Position numbers and translations under genes: made by a program. From the NCBI GenBank assembly GCA_036834305.1, contig DAITOC010000001.1, positions 1 to 44,652 on the forward strand: a stretch of 44,652 bases of DNA. The letters run 5' to 3'. The number at the start of each line of letters is the position of its first letter. Position 1 is the stretch's first letter. The notes beneath the pieces were generated by a model. The model saw only the letters and a program-made list of their open reading frames with translations. It did not search any database and was not told the DNA's origin. The DNA comes from Clostridiales bacterium. Its GTDB lineage: Bacteria; Bacillota; Clostridia; Oscillospirales; Acutalibacteraceae. Below are positions 1 to 9,372 of this stretch, piece by piece.

Positions 1-153
1 GCGGATTGCGTACAAGTCCTCAATAGCGTAGACGGGGGTGTAGCCTTCCGGTATGCTTGTTTGCTCACCGGTGCTCACCGCGCCCGCGGGAAACGCCAGT
101 GTGAGCAGCATGCAAGCCGCCATTACCATGCTGATCATTTTTTTAATTTTCAT
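1..153 (-). CDS. Partial CDS (5' end only): N-terminus of a secreted protein
   Basis: Minus-strand ATG at 153-151, with an AGGAGTG RBS (complement of 160-166). It translates to MKIKKMISMVMAACMLLTLAFPAGAVSTGEQ..., which has a K-rich n-region and hydrophobic core typical of a Sec signal peptide. The ORF runs off the window edge. Confidence 0.5.
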   Translation of the reverse strand, partial: MKIKKMISMVMAACMLLTLAFPAGAVSTGEQTSIPEGYTPVYAIEDLYAIR

Positions 154-591
154 GTAAACACTCCTCTTCTATTTCTTATAGTTGAGACCGTGCAATGTGC
201 CTGAATGAAATTATATCAGTTCTATGCCGGGATTGCAATAAGAAATTATTAATAAAGATGCCACAACAAAAATGTCGAATAAAATCGAATAACAACAAAA
301 AGCCGAAAGCTTTATGCGTTACCGATACGCCGAGGGCTTTGAGGAATTCGATCGGTTTGAAGTTTCGAAGTAACGAGAGGTATCTGCAAAATGCAAAGAA
401 GCCGATTAATTGCAATCGACTTCTTTCCTTTTATATGGTAAAATAATAGATCTTGAGATCACCTCTCAAACACGATGACAAATAGCTATTAACACGTTTT
501 CAAGAGTTTTACAAACTGTTTTTTACAACATTTCATGATTTTATGCGGCGGACCGGAAAACGAAAAAGACATTATTAGAGGAGGCTCTTTT

Positions 592-1002
592 ATGGATATC
601 AAAATCGTGTACGCGACAAAGACCAAACATTCGCGCAAACTTGCCGAGGCGATGGGGGAACGGCTGAAAGTAACGCCGCAGAATATCAAGGAAAACACCG
701 AACCCGCAGCCGCCGGCCTGCTGATTATCGCAGGGGGAATCTACGGTGGCCAAAGCCTGCCGGAACTGCTGGCGTATGTCAAGAAACTGGACGGCGCCAA
801 GGTCAAGAGCGCGGCGCTGGTCACCAGCTGCGCCTCCGGCAAGCAGGGTCAGGCCTCTGTGCGCAAAATACTCGAGGAAAAAGGCGTTAAGGTTGTCGAT
901 GAGTTCATCTGCAGGGGCAGCTTTTTGTTTGTTTCCGTGAAGCATCCCGACAGCAAGGATTTAAAAGCCGCGGCGGACTTCGCGGAAAAAGTTGCGTTAT
1001 GA
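592..1002 (+). CDS. Flavodoxin-fold protein
   Basis: ORF 535..1002. I moved the start to ATG 592 (MDIKIVYATKTKHSRKLAEAMG...) because AGAGGAGG lies just upstream. The protein is small (about 136 aa) with the alternating beta/alpha pattern and the KIxxVYxTxTxxSxxLAE N-terminus typical of flavodoxin-like proteins. Confidence 0.6.
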   Translation: MDIKIVYATKTKHSRKLAEAMGERLKVTPQNIKENTEPAAAGLLIIAGGIYGGQSLPELLAYVKKLDGAKVKSAALVTSCASGKQGQASVRKILEEKGVKVVDEFICRGSFLFVSVKHPDSKDLKAAADFAEKVAL

Positions 1003-1048
1003 ACGCCGGTGAAAATTGGCCGGGTGCCCGGGGAGAAACCGTATCGCT

Positions 1049-2869
1049 ATGAAAAAACTCTCGAAATACTTGAAACCGTACATCCTGTTCGCGATCATCT
1101 CCCCGCTGATGATGATGGGCGAGGTCATCGCCGATTTGTTTCAGCCGAAGCTGATGGCTGTCATTATCGACTGCGGCATCCTCGGCGGTGGGGATGTCTC
1201 AAACTCGGCAATCGGGAGTTTTCTGCTCGGTGTTTTTCACGGCTCCGATTCGGGCTATACGACCATGCAAGTGATCGTCACAATCGGCGGCGTCATGCTC
1301 GCGATTGTGGCGGTCGGAGGGTTTTTCGGCATCTTCTGCGCGTACACGGCGGCGCGCGCCGCGCAGGGCTTCGGGCATGATCTGCGCTGTGACGCTTTCC
1401 GCCGCGTCGTGTCGCTGTCCATCGAGCAGGCCGATACATTCACAACCGGTTCGCTCGTCACGCGGATGACAAACGATGTTTCCGCCGTCACCGATTTTGT
1501 CGAGATGATTCTGCGCATGTTTGTCCGCGCCCCTGTCTTTTTCGCGGGCGGTTCCGTCATGCTGTTCACGCTGAACCTCCGTTTCGGCGCGGTGATTTTC
1601 TGCGCGCTCCCGGTGCTGGCCGTTCTGTTGTACCTGATACTCCGGCGCGCCACGCCGCTTTTCTCACAGGTCCAGTTAAAACTTGACAAGGTCAACTCGG
1701 TGGTGCAGGAGAATGTCAGCGGCGCGCGCGCGGTGAAGGCGTACGCGCAGGAAGGCTACGAAAACAACCGGTTTGACAAGGCGAACACCGAACTGCGCGA
1801 CACGAATTGGCGCGTGCTGATGCTGCTTGCCGTGCTCTCACCGGTGCTCAATATCGTGATGAATGCCGGCGTCGCGGGCGTTTTGCTCGTCGGCGGGCTG
1901 AACGCCGGTCACAGCGGTATAACCGTCGGTTCGATTATGGCGGCGGTCACCTATGTTACGCAGGTGCTCATGTCGATTATGATGGTGACAATGATGTTCC
2001 AGTCGGTCTCCCGCGCGGTCGCCTCGGGCCGGCGCGTGATCGAAGTGCTCGACACCCGGCCGGTCATTCAAAGCGGCTCCGCTGACGGCGGACCCGGGGA
2101 AACGGCCGTCTCTTTCCGCAATGTCGAATTCCGGTATCCGGGAACGGCGGGAAGCCCGGTGCTGCGCGATATCAATCTGGAGATCAAGAAGGGGGAAACG
2201 CTGGCGGTCATCGGCTCGACGGGTTCGGGCAAATCGTCGCTCGTCAGCCTTATCCCGCGGTTCTACGACGCGACCGACGGCGCGGTGTCGGTTGACGGAG
2301 TCAATGTAAAAGACTATGACCTTAAAAAACTGCGCGGCAAAATCGGATTTGTCCTGCAAAAAAGCGAACTTTTTTCGGGCACAATCGCGGGCAACATCCG
2401 CTGGGGAAAGCCGAACGCGAACGACGCGGAGGTGCGGGAGGCCGCGGGCGCCGCGCAGGCCTCCGGGTTTATCGGCGGATTCTCAAACGGCTATGAGACA
2501 TTCATCGCGGAAAAAGGCGCGTCGCTTTCGGGCGGGCAAAAGCAGCGGTTGTCCATCGCCCGCGCGCTTGTGCGAAAACCCGAAATATTGATTCTGGACG
2601 ACGCCACCTCGGCGCTTGACCTCGCGACCGAATCGAAACTGCGCAAAGCCATGCGCGCCAGGCTGAAAGACACGACGGTCATCCTCATCGCGCAGCGAAT
2701 CGCCAGCGTCATGGAGGCCGACCGGATTGCCGTCATCGAGGACGGAACGATTCGCCACTGCGCCCCGCATAGCGAACTGATGCGGATAAGCGCGGCTTAC
2801 CGCGATATTTATTCGTCACAGATACGGTCGGGAGCCTTTATCGGAAAGGAGGCTGCCGCCGATGAATAA
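1049..2869 (+). CDS. ABC exporter, fused permease/ATPase half-transporter (subunit with degenerate catalytic residues)
   Basis: ORF 1016..2869, with the start moved to ATG 1049 (MKKLSKYLKPY). A six-TM exporter domain is followed by an NBD with Walker A GSTGSGKSS and signature LSGGQKQR. Walker B is ILILDD (Asp where the catalytic Glu normally sits) and the switch loop is IAQR (Gln instead of His). Confidence 0.9.
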   Translation: MKKLSKYLKPYILFAIISPLMMMGEVIADLFQPKLMAVIIDCGILGGGDVSNSAIGSFLLGVFHGSDSGYTTMQVIVTIGGVMLAIVAVGGFFGIFCAYTAARAAQGFGHDLRCDAFRRVVSLSIEQADTFTTGSLVTRMTNDVSAVTDFVEMILRMFVRAPVFFAGGSVMLFTLNLRFGAVIFCALPVLAVLLYLILRRATPLFSQVQLKLDKVNSVVQENVSGARAVKAYAQEGYENNRFDKANTELRDTNWRVLMLLAVLSPVLNIVMNAGVAGVLLVGGLNAGHSGITVGSIMAAVTYVTQVLMSIMMVTMMFQSVSRAVASGRRVIEVLDTRPVIQSGSADGGPGETAVSFRNVEFRYPGTAGSPVLRDINLEIKKGETLAVIGSTGSGKSSLVSLIPRFYDATDGAVSVDGVNVKDYDLKKLRGKIGFVLQKSELFSGTIAGNIRWGKPNANDAEVREAAGAAQASGFIGGFSNGYETFIAEKGASLSGGQKQRLSIARALVRKPEILILDDATSALDLATESKLRKAMRARLKDTTVILIAQRIASVMEADRIAVIEDGTIRHCAPHSELMRISAAYRDIYSSQIRSGAFIGKEAAADE

Positions 2870-4829
2870 CCAACATACCGGCCCGCGAAACACACCGAAC
2901 GCGGAAAGGCCGATCGTTCTCGGCCCCGGCGGCAGGCCGGGCTTCGGCCCGGGTTCCGGCGGCCCGATGGCCGGCAGAATGAATGTCCAAAAACCGAAGA
3001 ACATGAAAAAAACACTCGGGAGGCTGCTTCGGTATGTCGGTAAAAACCGGGCTTTGCTGATTTTGTTGTTAGCGATTATGCTTTTTGTGACGCTGCTCGA
3101 CCTGCTGGGCCCGTTGTTGCAAAGCGGAGCGATCGATACCTTCGGCTATTCCGCGAACAGCGGGCTGACGGTGCGTTTCGGCAGTTATACGAAAACGGTC
3201 GTCAATTCCGCGGGGGCCGTCACCGGCGAAAAGACCGTTCACGGTCTGGCGTTCTACCTTGCCGTTATGGCCGCTGTATTTATCGCGAACGGCGCGCTGA
3301 CATATTTTCAGGGAATTATTGCCGCCAAACTGTCGCAGATGACGGTCTATTCTTTGCGCCGCGACTTGTTCGCGAAAATCACAAAACTTCCGATCAAGTA
3401 TACCGACACGCACAAGCACGGCGACATCATGTCAAGGATGACCAACGATGTCGACAATGTGTCGAACGCGGTGTCGCAGTCCATCGCGTCGCTTTTCTCA
3501 AGCGCGCTGACGCTCGCGGGCGCCTTTTCGATGATGCTGTACTACAACCGGCTGCTGACGCTCGTTGCCTGCGTGACCATTCCGCTGACCATCCTGTTTT
3601 CAACCATGATCGCGAAGTTTATGCGCCGGTATTTTGTCCGCAGGCAGCAGCTTCTCGGCCAGCTCAACGGCCAGGTTGAAGAAGTGGTAACCGGCTATAA
3701 AACCGTCGTCGCTTACGGCAAGGAACCCGAGGCGGCCGAACAATTCGAGAAAACGAGTTTTGAATTCCGCGACAGCAGCGTCAAAGCCAGAGTCTGGGGC
3801 AGCATTATGGGGCCTCTGATGAACCTGCTCGGAAACCTGCAGTATCTGCTCATCGTCGTGTTCGGCGGCTATTTGCTCATTCATCCGGTTGCCGGCATGC
3901 GAAAACTGACTGTCGGGAACATTCAGGCGATACTCCAGTATTCCAGAAGGTTCACGCGGCCGTTAAACGAAATTGCTAACCAATACGCGTCCATTCTGAC
4001 GGCGCTCGCCGGCGCCGAGCGGATATTCGAACTGCTGGACAGCCCCGGCGAAGACGACGCGGGAACCGACGCGATTCCTCTTTCACAGATCAAAGGCCAT
4101 ATTGAATTTGACAATGTCCGATTCTCTTATATCCCCGGCGAGCCTGTCCTCAGAGACCTGAGCCTCTCGGTAGAAGCCGGCCGGAAAGTGGCGATCGTCG
4201 GCGCGACAGGCTCCGGCAAGACGACGATGGTCAACCTGCTCACCCGGTTTTATGAGATTGACGGCGGGTCAATCCGGATAGACGGGATCGATATCCGAAA
4301 TCTGCCGAAGGACACCCTGCGCCGCTCGGCCGCGATTGTGCTTCAGGATACTGTGCTTTTCTGTGACACCGTCAGGGCGAACATAAAATACGGCAGACCA
4401 GGCGCGTCGGATGAGGAGATGGCGGAAGCCGCGAAGGCGGCCAGGGCCGACACCTTCATTGACCGGATGCCCGAGAGTTACGATACCGTTCTCGCGCAGG
4501 AGGGCGGCAACCTCAGCCAGGGGCAGAGGCAGTTGCTTTCCATCGCCCGGGCGGTGCTCGCGGACCCGAAAATTCTGATTCTCGACGAAGCGACCTCAAG
4601 CGTGGATACGCGCACGGAGATGCATATCCAGGAAGCGCTGGTGGCGCTGATGAAGGACCGCACCTCGCTGATTATCGCCCACCGGCTCTCGACCATACGC
4701 GACGCCGACGCCATTGTGGTGATCAAGGACGGCGCCGTCGCCGAGTCGGGCTGCCATGAGGAGTTGCTCGCCCGCCGCGGAGAATACTACTCCCTTTACA
4801 GCAGCCAGTTTGCGGGAATAGAGACATAA
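2862..4829 (+). CDS. ABC exporter, fused permease/ATPase half-transporter (partner with canonical catalytic residues)
   Basis: The start overlaps the upstream stop (ATGAATAA), with AGGAGG 9 nt upstream. The N-terminus is a Gly/Pro-rich tail. Walker A is GATGSGKTT, the signature is degenerate (LSQGQRQ), Walker B ILILDEAT is canonical and the H-loop is IIAHRLST. Confidence 0.9.
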   Translation: MNNQHTGPRNTPNAERPIVLGPGGRPGFGPGSGGPMAGRMNVQKPKNMKKTLGRLLRYVGKNRALLILLLAIMLFVTLLDLLGPLLQSGAIDTFGYSANSGLTVRFGSYTKTVVNSAGAVTGEKTVHGLAFYLAVMAAVFIANGALTYFQGIIAAKLSQMTVYSLRRDLFAKITKLPIKYTDTHKHGDIMSRMTNDVDNVSNAVSQSIASLFSSALTLAGAFSMMLYYNRLLTLVACVTIPLTILFSTMIAKFMRRYFVRRQQLLGQLNGQVEEVVTGYKTVVAYGKEPEAAEQFEKTSFEFRDSSVKARVWGSIMGPLMNLLGNLQYLLIVVFGGYLLIHPVAGMRKLTVGNIQAILQYSRRFTRPLNEIANQYASILTALAGAERIFELLDSPGEDDAGTDAIPLSQIKGHIEFDNVRFSYIPGEPVLRDLSLSVEAGRKVAIVGATGSGKTTMVNLLTRFYEIDGGSIRIDGIDIRNLPKDTLRRSAAIVLQDTVLFCDTVRANIKYGRPGASDEEMAEAAKAARADTFIDRMPESYDTVLAQEGGNLSQGQRQLLSIARAVLADPKILILDEATSSVDTRTEMHIQEALVALMKDRTSLIIAHRLSTIRDADAIVVIKDGAVAESGCHEELLARRGEYYSLYSSQFAGIET

Positions 4830-4931
4830 AAACCGGTAAGCCCAACGGCGTGCGGTATGAGAATGTCACGGTGCGGAGAAACGCCGTCCGCTGCAAAGGC
4901 GAGCCGGTGATGATCGAGGACTGCGCGGACA

Positions 4932-5981
4932 TCACTCTGTGACGGCGGGCAGAGCGAAGTTGAATTTTCGGCTCGGTTTTTGGAATACCGGGATATCGCC
5001 CTGAAAGTAGATTTTTTGAATGTGCGTCGCGCGCGGGCTGTCGGCCAGGCTCGGCGTTTGAGACGCGTGGTAAGTCATATAGACATCCTCGCCGACAGTC
5101 ACAAAATTGCAGTGGCCGGTATTATAAATGTTTTCAACCGGGTTTTTGGCGAAGACGGGAACGGGTGATTTGCACCAGTTCCCTTTTTTCATCGGGTCGC
5201 CGCCCTTGAAGCTCAGCAGCCCGAGGCAGTAATTACCCGAAGTGAAGCCGCTCGCGGAGTAAACAATATAGGCGCCGCCCCCGCGTTGCAAAACGGCGGG
5301 GCCTTCGTTGACATACCAGCCTTCTTTCTCCCATTTGTATTCCGGCTCCGACAGTTTTTCAACGACGGCGTTTTCTTTAACGGTATACGGATTTTCCATC
5401 TCAACAATATAGATGCATTGATAGGCCGAATCGACGTACCCGGAGAAGACGAAATACAGCTTACCGTTCAGCTGCATAAATGTGCCGTCAATGTTGCTCA
5501 AGCCCCCCGGCGCGAGCCGGCCCTTGAACTCGTAGTCACCGAAAAGATTATCTGAAACGCTCTCCAGAACGAAACCGTACCGGTATGAGTCGTTGCCAAC
5601 ATCATTCCCGCCGGCTTCCGGCATGGCGCCCTTTTCCACCTTGGTTTTATCAAACAGCGCGGAGGCGATGATAAACCATTTGCCGCCTATTTGATGAATT
5701 TCCGGCGCCCAGATATCGCCAATAATAGCGTCCTTTCCGGCCGTATACACCGTTTTGCTTTCACTCACCGCGGTATCATAGAACGAAGCGATATGGCGAA
5801 TCGTGATGTTGCCGCCGGTGGTGTAGGTGTAATAATACTGCCCGCCGTCGTTGGCGATAAACGGGTCGCCGCCGTTGTTTTTGTCGATGGGGTTATCCTG
5901 CCCGCCCGACGGAAACACCTGCGGGATGAGCATGAGGATGCTTGATAAAAATAAAAAGATCGTTTTAAAAACCGTTTTCAT
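4932..5981 (-). CDS. Secreted glycoside hydrolase family 43 (beta-xylosidase/alpha-L-arabinofuranosidase-like)
   Basis: N-terminal signal peptide MKTVFKTIFLFLSSILMLIP. GH43-type motifs are GGDPFIANDGGQYYYTYT and IWAPEIHQIGGKWFII, and the length suits a five-bladed propeller. Confidence 0.8.
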   Translation of the reverse strand: MKTVFKTIFLFLSSILMLIPQVFPSGGQDNPIDKNNGGDPFIANDGGQYYYTYTTGGNITIRHIASFYDTAVSESKTVYTAGKDAIIGDIWAPEIHQIGGKWFIIASALFDKTKVEKGAMPEAGGNDVGNDSYRYGFVLESVSDNLFGDYEFKGRLAPGGLSNIDGTFMQLNGKLYFVFSGYVDSAYQCIYIVEMENPYTVKENAVVEKLSEPEYKWEKEGWYVNEGPAVLQRGGGAYIVYSASGFTSGNYCLGLLSFKGGDPMKKGNWCKSPVPVFAKNPVENIYNTGHCNFVTVGEDVYMTYHASQTPSLADSPRATHIQKIYFQGDIPVFQKPSRKFNFALPAVTE

Positions 5982-6209
5982 TTTTTGCCGCCTTTCTTCG
6001 GGTAACCGTATCCTTTTTTATTATAAATTTTTTATCGTGTTTTGCAACAGGCGCCATTGGTCCGGATATACAAAAACGGATAAAGTTTATTCGTTTTTCC
6101 GCCCGCCCGCGGGTTAAAATTTATAAGAGAGGTTTAATGAAAAACTCTTTAACTTTGTTGTTCATAAACATTTTATAAAGCCGCGAAAGGCGGCGGAACG
6201 GAGTCTTCC

Positions 6210-6815
6210 ATGAAAAAAACAATATCCAAATTGCTGTTGACAGCCGCTTTGCTGTTCTCGCTGTCCGTCACGGCGTTTTCCGCGACCTATACGGTTCAAC
6301 CCGGCGACTCCATGTGGAAAATCGCGGTAAAATATCAGGTCGGTTTAAGCGAAATCATCGCCGCGAACCCGCAAATTAAAAACCCGAGCCTCATTTACCC
6401 GAATCAGGTTCTTACCATTCCGCAGGTTTCCCAAACCGTCACGAGTTATGAGCAGCGCGTCATCGACCTGACCAACCAGCGGCGGGCGCAAAACGGCCTG
6501 CCCGCGTTAAAAGCCAACTGGCAGTTGTCGCGCGTCGCGCGGTACAAGTCGCAGGATATGCACGACAAACGCTATTTCTCCCACACGAGCCCGACCTACG
6601 GCTCGCCGTTTACGATGATACGAAACTTCGGCATCAACTTTTCCGCTGCCGGCGAAAACATCGCCATAGGCCAGGCGACTCCCGAAGCGGTCGTCAACGC
6701 GTGGATGAACTCGTCGGGGCACCGGGCGAACATCCTCAACCGCAACTATACGCAAATCGGCGTCGGCTATGTCGCCGACGGCAAGTATTGGACGCAGATG
6801 TTCATCCGGCCGTAG
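6210..6815 (+). CDS. LysM domain + CAP/SCP (YkwD-like) domain secreted protein
   Basis: Signal peptide, then LysM (YTVQPGDSMWKIAVKYQVGLSEIIAANP...LIYPNQVLTIP), then a CAP domain (NxxRxxxGLPAL...AGENIA...WMNSSGHRANILN..YTQIGVG). Confidence 0.85.
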   Translation: MKKTISKLLLTAALLFSLSVTAFSATYTVQPGDSMWKIAVKYQVGLSEIIAANPQIKNPSLIYPNQVLTIPQVSQTVTSYEQRVIDLTNQRRAQNGLPALKANWQLSRVARYKSQDMHDKRYFSHTSPTYGSPFTMIRNFGINFSAAGENIAIGQATPEAVVNAWMNSSGHRANILNRNYTQIGVGYVADGKYWTQMFIRP

Positions 6816-6834
6816 CGGCACTTGATTATGAAAA

Positions 6835-6866
6835 CGCGCCCCGGCGACATGGGGCGCGAATTTTAT
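6835..6866. terminator. Bidirectional intrinsic terminator between convergent genes
   Basis: Perfect 8-bp GC stem CGCGCCCC (6835-6842) / GGGGCGCG (6851-6858). It is flanked by AAAA on the left and TTTTATT on the right. Confidence 0.6.
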
Positions 6867-7010
6867 TCGTTGTTTTCTTTTTTCAGGCGTTAAACAGTTA
6901 TATTTATATATATTATGTTCGGATCGGTTAAAAAAACAACGGGGCGTTATGCTAATCCGGCAACCGGTAACCGGAGAGTTCGTTGTGCCTGTCGGAAGAA
7001 AAAGCGGCTT

Positions 7011-7511
7011 TCACAGGTTCGCGTCGATTTCCTCGCCGTACCGCTCAACGCCCGCGGTGCCCAACTCCCGTAAGTACGGCCCGAAATACAGGCCCGGAGC
7101 CCGTCCGGAAGGAAAGAGGTCCAACAGCGGAGCCATAACGAACGGCCGTTGCAGGATGGCCGGATGCGGCAAAGTCATCTCAAAACTTTCGCTCTTGACG
7201 CCTTCATATATCAGCAGGTCAAGGTCGATAAGGCGGGGCCCGTTTTTGACGGTTCTCACGCGCCCGAACGCCGCCTCAATGCCCAGGCAAGCCCCCAGCA
7301 GCGCCATAGGCGATATGTCGGTTTCCAACAGTATGTTGGCGTTGAGAAACTTCGGCTGCTGCGCGTACCCTGCCGGCTCGGTTTCATACACATGGGAAAC
7401 CGCATTCACCGCGGTGCCCGGCAACAGCGACAGCGCCCGAACGGCCGCGCGCAAACTCTCGAGCCGGTCGCCGAGGTTCGCGCCGATTCCAATGACTGCA
7501 TGGGTGCCCAT
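7011..7511 (-). CDS. folK: 2-amino-4-hydroxy-6-hydroxymethyldihydropteridine diphosphokinase (HPPK)
   Basis: AVIGIGANLGDR...VSHVYETEPAGY..QPKFLNA...RVRTVKNGPRLIDLDLL are typical HPPK motifs. The gene is the last of four tightly packed folate genes. Confidence 0.9.
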   Translation of the reverse strand: MGTHAVIGIGANLGDRLESLRAAVRALSLLPGTAVNAVSHVYETEPAGYAQQPKFLNANILLETDISPMALLGACLGIEAAFGRVRTVKNGPRLIDLDLLIYEGVKSESFEMTLPHPAILQRPFVMAPLLDLFPSGRAPGLYFGPYLRELGTAGVERYGEEIDANL

Positions 7512-7514
7512 TTA

Positions 7515-7886
7515 TCAATCGTTCCTTTCCCTTGTGATTTCAACGGCGGCGTACTCAAAGTCAGCCATGATGGGGGCGTCCGGTTTTTTCAGCGTGATTC
7601 TCACCGATTCGAGCGCGGGGAATTCCGCGAGAAGGGTGTCGGCCACCCGTTGCGCCGCGCGCTCAATGAGCGCGTTTTTTTCCTCGAGCATCACCGCCGA
7701 GGCGCGCTTCATGATTGTCGCGTAACTGACCGTGTCCCCGATGTCGTCGGACCGGCAGGCCCGGCTCAAATCCGCCCGAGCCTCAATATCGAGAATAAAC
7801 ACCTGGCCGTCTTCTTGCTCGGAAGGGTTCACGCCGTGAAAGGCGAAAACCTTCAGGCCTTTTATGATAATTTTATCCAATGGCAA
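7515..7886 (-). CDS. folB: Dihydroneopterin aldolase
   Basis: 123 aa. DKIIIKGLKVFAFHGVNPSEQEDGQVFILDIE...DDIGDTVSYA matches the FolB pattern. It lies 3 nt upstream of folK. Confidence 0.9.
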   Translation of the reverse strand: MPLDKIIIKGLKVFAFHGVNPSEQEDGQVFILDIEARADLSRACRSDDIGDTVSYATIMKRASAVMLEEKNALIERAAQRVADTLLAEFPALESVRITLKKPDAPIMADFEYAAVEITRERND

Positions 7887-7894
7887 GCCCTCCG

Positions 7895-8728
7895 TTACCG
7901 TTTTCGAAACAGCGCGTCCGCCACAGCGGCGCCCTGCGCCGCCTCGGCGACATCGTGCGCACGGATGATATCCGCCCCGCCGGCGATGGCCGCGGTGTGC
8001 GCCGCCACGGTGCCCGCCGCGCGTTTTTCCGGGCGTTCCTCACCCGCAGCGATACCGACCACCCGCTTGCGCGACGCCCCGGCCAAAAGGCAGACGCCGC
8101 TGATTTTTATTTCGCTGACAGACCGAAGCAGCAGAAGGTTGTCCGCGTGCGTTTTGCCGAACCCGATACCCGGGTCGAGGCAGACGCGGTCCGGGCTGAC
8201 GCCGAACGCCTCGGCCGCCGCGAGCGATTCCTTAAAAAATTCGCGCACCGCCCGGATTACCCCGTGCGGGTACTCCGCAACCTCCGAGGAGCCGCACGGA
8301 TTGTGCATAATGATCCAGCCCGCGCCGCTTGCTTTCACGGCCTCGGCCATAGCCGCTTCGGGCTTTCCGCTGACGTCGTTGATGACCGACGCTCCGTTTT
8401 CCAGCGCGAAACGGGCAACAGCCGTGTGGCGGGTATCGACGGAAAGGGGCACGCTCAACTTGTTCCTGAGTTCCTCAAGCACGGGGGCAAGCCTGCGGAT
8501 TTCCGCTGTTTCGCCGATAGCCGCCGCCCCCGGCCTTGTCGATTCGGCGCCTATGTCGATGATATCGGCGCCGAGTTCCTGCATTTCCAAAGCGCGCCGC
8601 GCGGCCGCCGCGGGGTCGCTGTACAACCCGCCGTCCGAAAACGAATCGGGCGTCGCGTTGAGGATGCCCATGATATAGGTTTTCTTGCCGAGCGGGAATG
8701 TAAACGCCCCCGCCTTGAAACAGCTCAT
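7895..8728 (-). CDS. folP: Dihydropteroate synthase
   Basis: IMGILNATPDSFSDGG, DIIDIGAESTRPGA, SVDT and INDVSG motifs. A GAGGAA RBS precedes the ATG at 8728. Confidence 0.9.
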   Translation of the reverse strand: MSCFKAGAFTFPLGKKTYIMGILNATPDSFSDGGLYSDPAAAARRALEMQELGADIIDIGAESTRPGAAAIGETAEIRRLAPVLEELRNKLSVPLSVDTRHTAVARFALENGASVINDVSGKPEAAMAEAVKASGAGWIIMHNPCGSSEVAEYPHGVIRAVREFFKESLAAAEAFGVSPDRVCLDPGIGFGKTHADNLLLLRSVSEIKISGVCLLAGASRKRVVGIAAGEERPEKRAAGTVAAHTAAIAGGADIIRAHDVAEAAQGAAVADALFRKR

Positions 8729-8801
8729 GCCGTTCCTCTTTTCTTTTAACTATAAACAACATCACGCGGCGCTTTTTGTTATCTTTTGTCGCCGCCTCCG
8801 C

Positions 8802-9362
8802 TTATTGGCTTTTCAGCAGCGCCATGACCTCGGCCCTCGTCTTCGCGTCGCTGCGCATGGTGCCGCGCAGCGCGGAGGTTTGCGTTACCGAACCGGACGC
8901 CCTCGCGCCGCGCATGGTCATGCAAAGATGCTCCGCCTCGATGACGACCGCGGCGCCGCGCGGCTTGAGCCTCTCAAAAATAAAATCGGCGATTTGGGCG
9001 GTGAGCCTCTCCTGCAACTGCGGGCGTTTCGCGAAACTATCCACAATCCGCGCGAGTTTCGAAAGGCCGATAATGCGCCCCTCGCCGGGGATATAGGCGA
9101 TGTGCGCCTTGCCGATGAACGGAATGAGGTGGTGCTCGCACATCGAGTAAAGCGGAATGTCGCGGACGATAATCAGTTCCTCGTTGCCGTCCTCTTTAAA
9201 AACCTTCATGTGGCGGCCGGCGTCCTCCCCGAGGCCCGAAAAAACTTCTTTGTACATCTTCGCCACGCGCATGGGGGTTTCGGCCAGGCCTTCCCTGTCC
9301 GGATCCTCACCGATGGCAATGAGGATTTCCCTGACCGCCGCCTCGATTCTTTTGACATCCAT
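8802..9362 (-). CDS. folE: GTP cyclohydrolase I
   Basis: ORF 8802..9398. The start is set at ATG 9362 ([14 protein letters not shown]), preceded by AAGGAGA. It carries the diagnostic [10 protein letters not shown] and the [10 protein letters not shown]...RPQLQERLT motifs. Confidence 0.9.
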   Translation of the reverse strand: MDVKRIEAAVREILIAIGEDPDREGLAETPMRVAKMYKEVFSGLGEDAGRHMKVFKEDGNEELIIVRDIPLYSMCEHHLIPFIGKAHIAYIPGEGRIIGLSKLARIVDSFAKRPQLQERLTAQIADFIFERLKPRGAAVVIEAEHLCMTMRGARASGSVTQTSALRGTMRSDAKTRAEVMALLKSQ

Positions 9363-9372
9363 TTTATTCTCC

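Noticed and set aside
4850-4942. A short plus-strand reading frame after the ABC exporter encodes ...GVRYENVTVRRNAVRCKGEPVMIEDCADITL*. It looks like the C-terminal end of a beta-helix-type protein and so could be a gene remnant.
   Set aside because: It is only about 30 codons, with no RBS or credible start. It overlaps the GH43 stop on the other strand. The resemblance is impressionistic and cannot be supported without a database search.
7149-8678. Very long antisense ORFs in the six-frame track. Examples are 7149..8678 (+, 509 aa), 9157..10557 (+, 466 aa), 12787..14085 (+, 432 aa), 19132..20187 (+, 351 aa), 35261..36148 (+, 295 aa), 40424..42007 (-, 527 aa) and 42500..43228 (-, 242 aa).
   Set aside because: Each lies opposite a gene with strong family motifs (folP/folB, the transglutaminase-like gene, GH13, ahcY, pgk, the lipase-like paralogs). 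Their translations are Arg/Ala/Gly/Pro-rich low-complexity sequence, typical of shadow ORFs in high-GC DNA. None has a convincing RBS.
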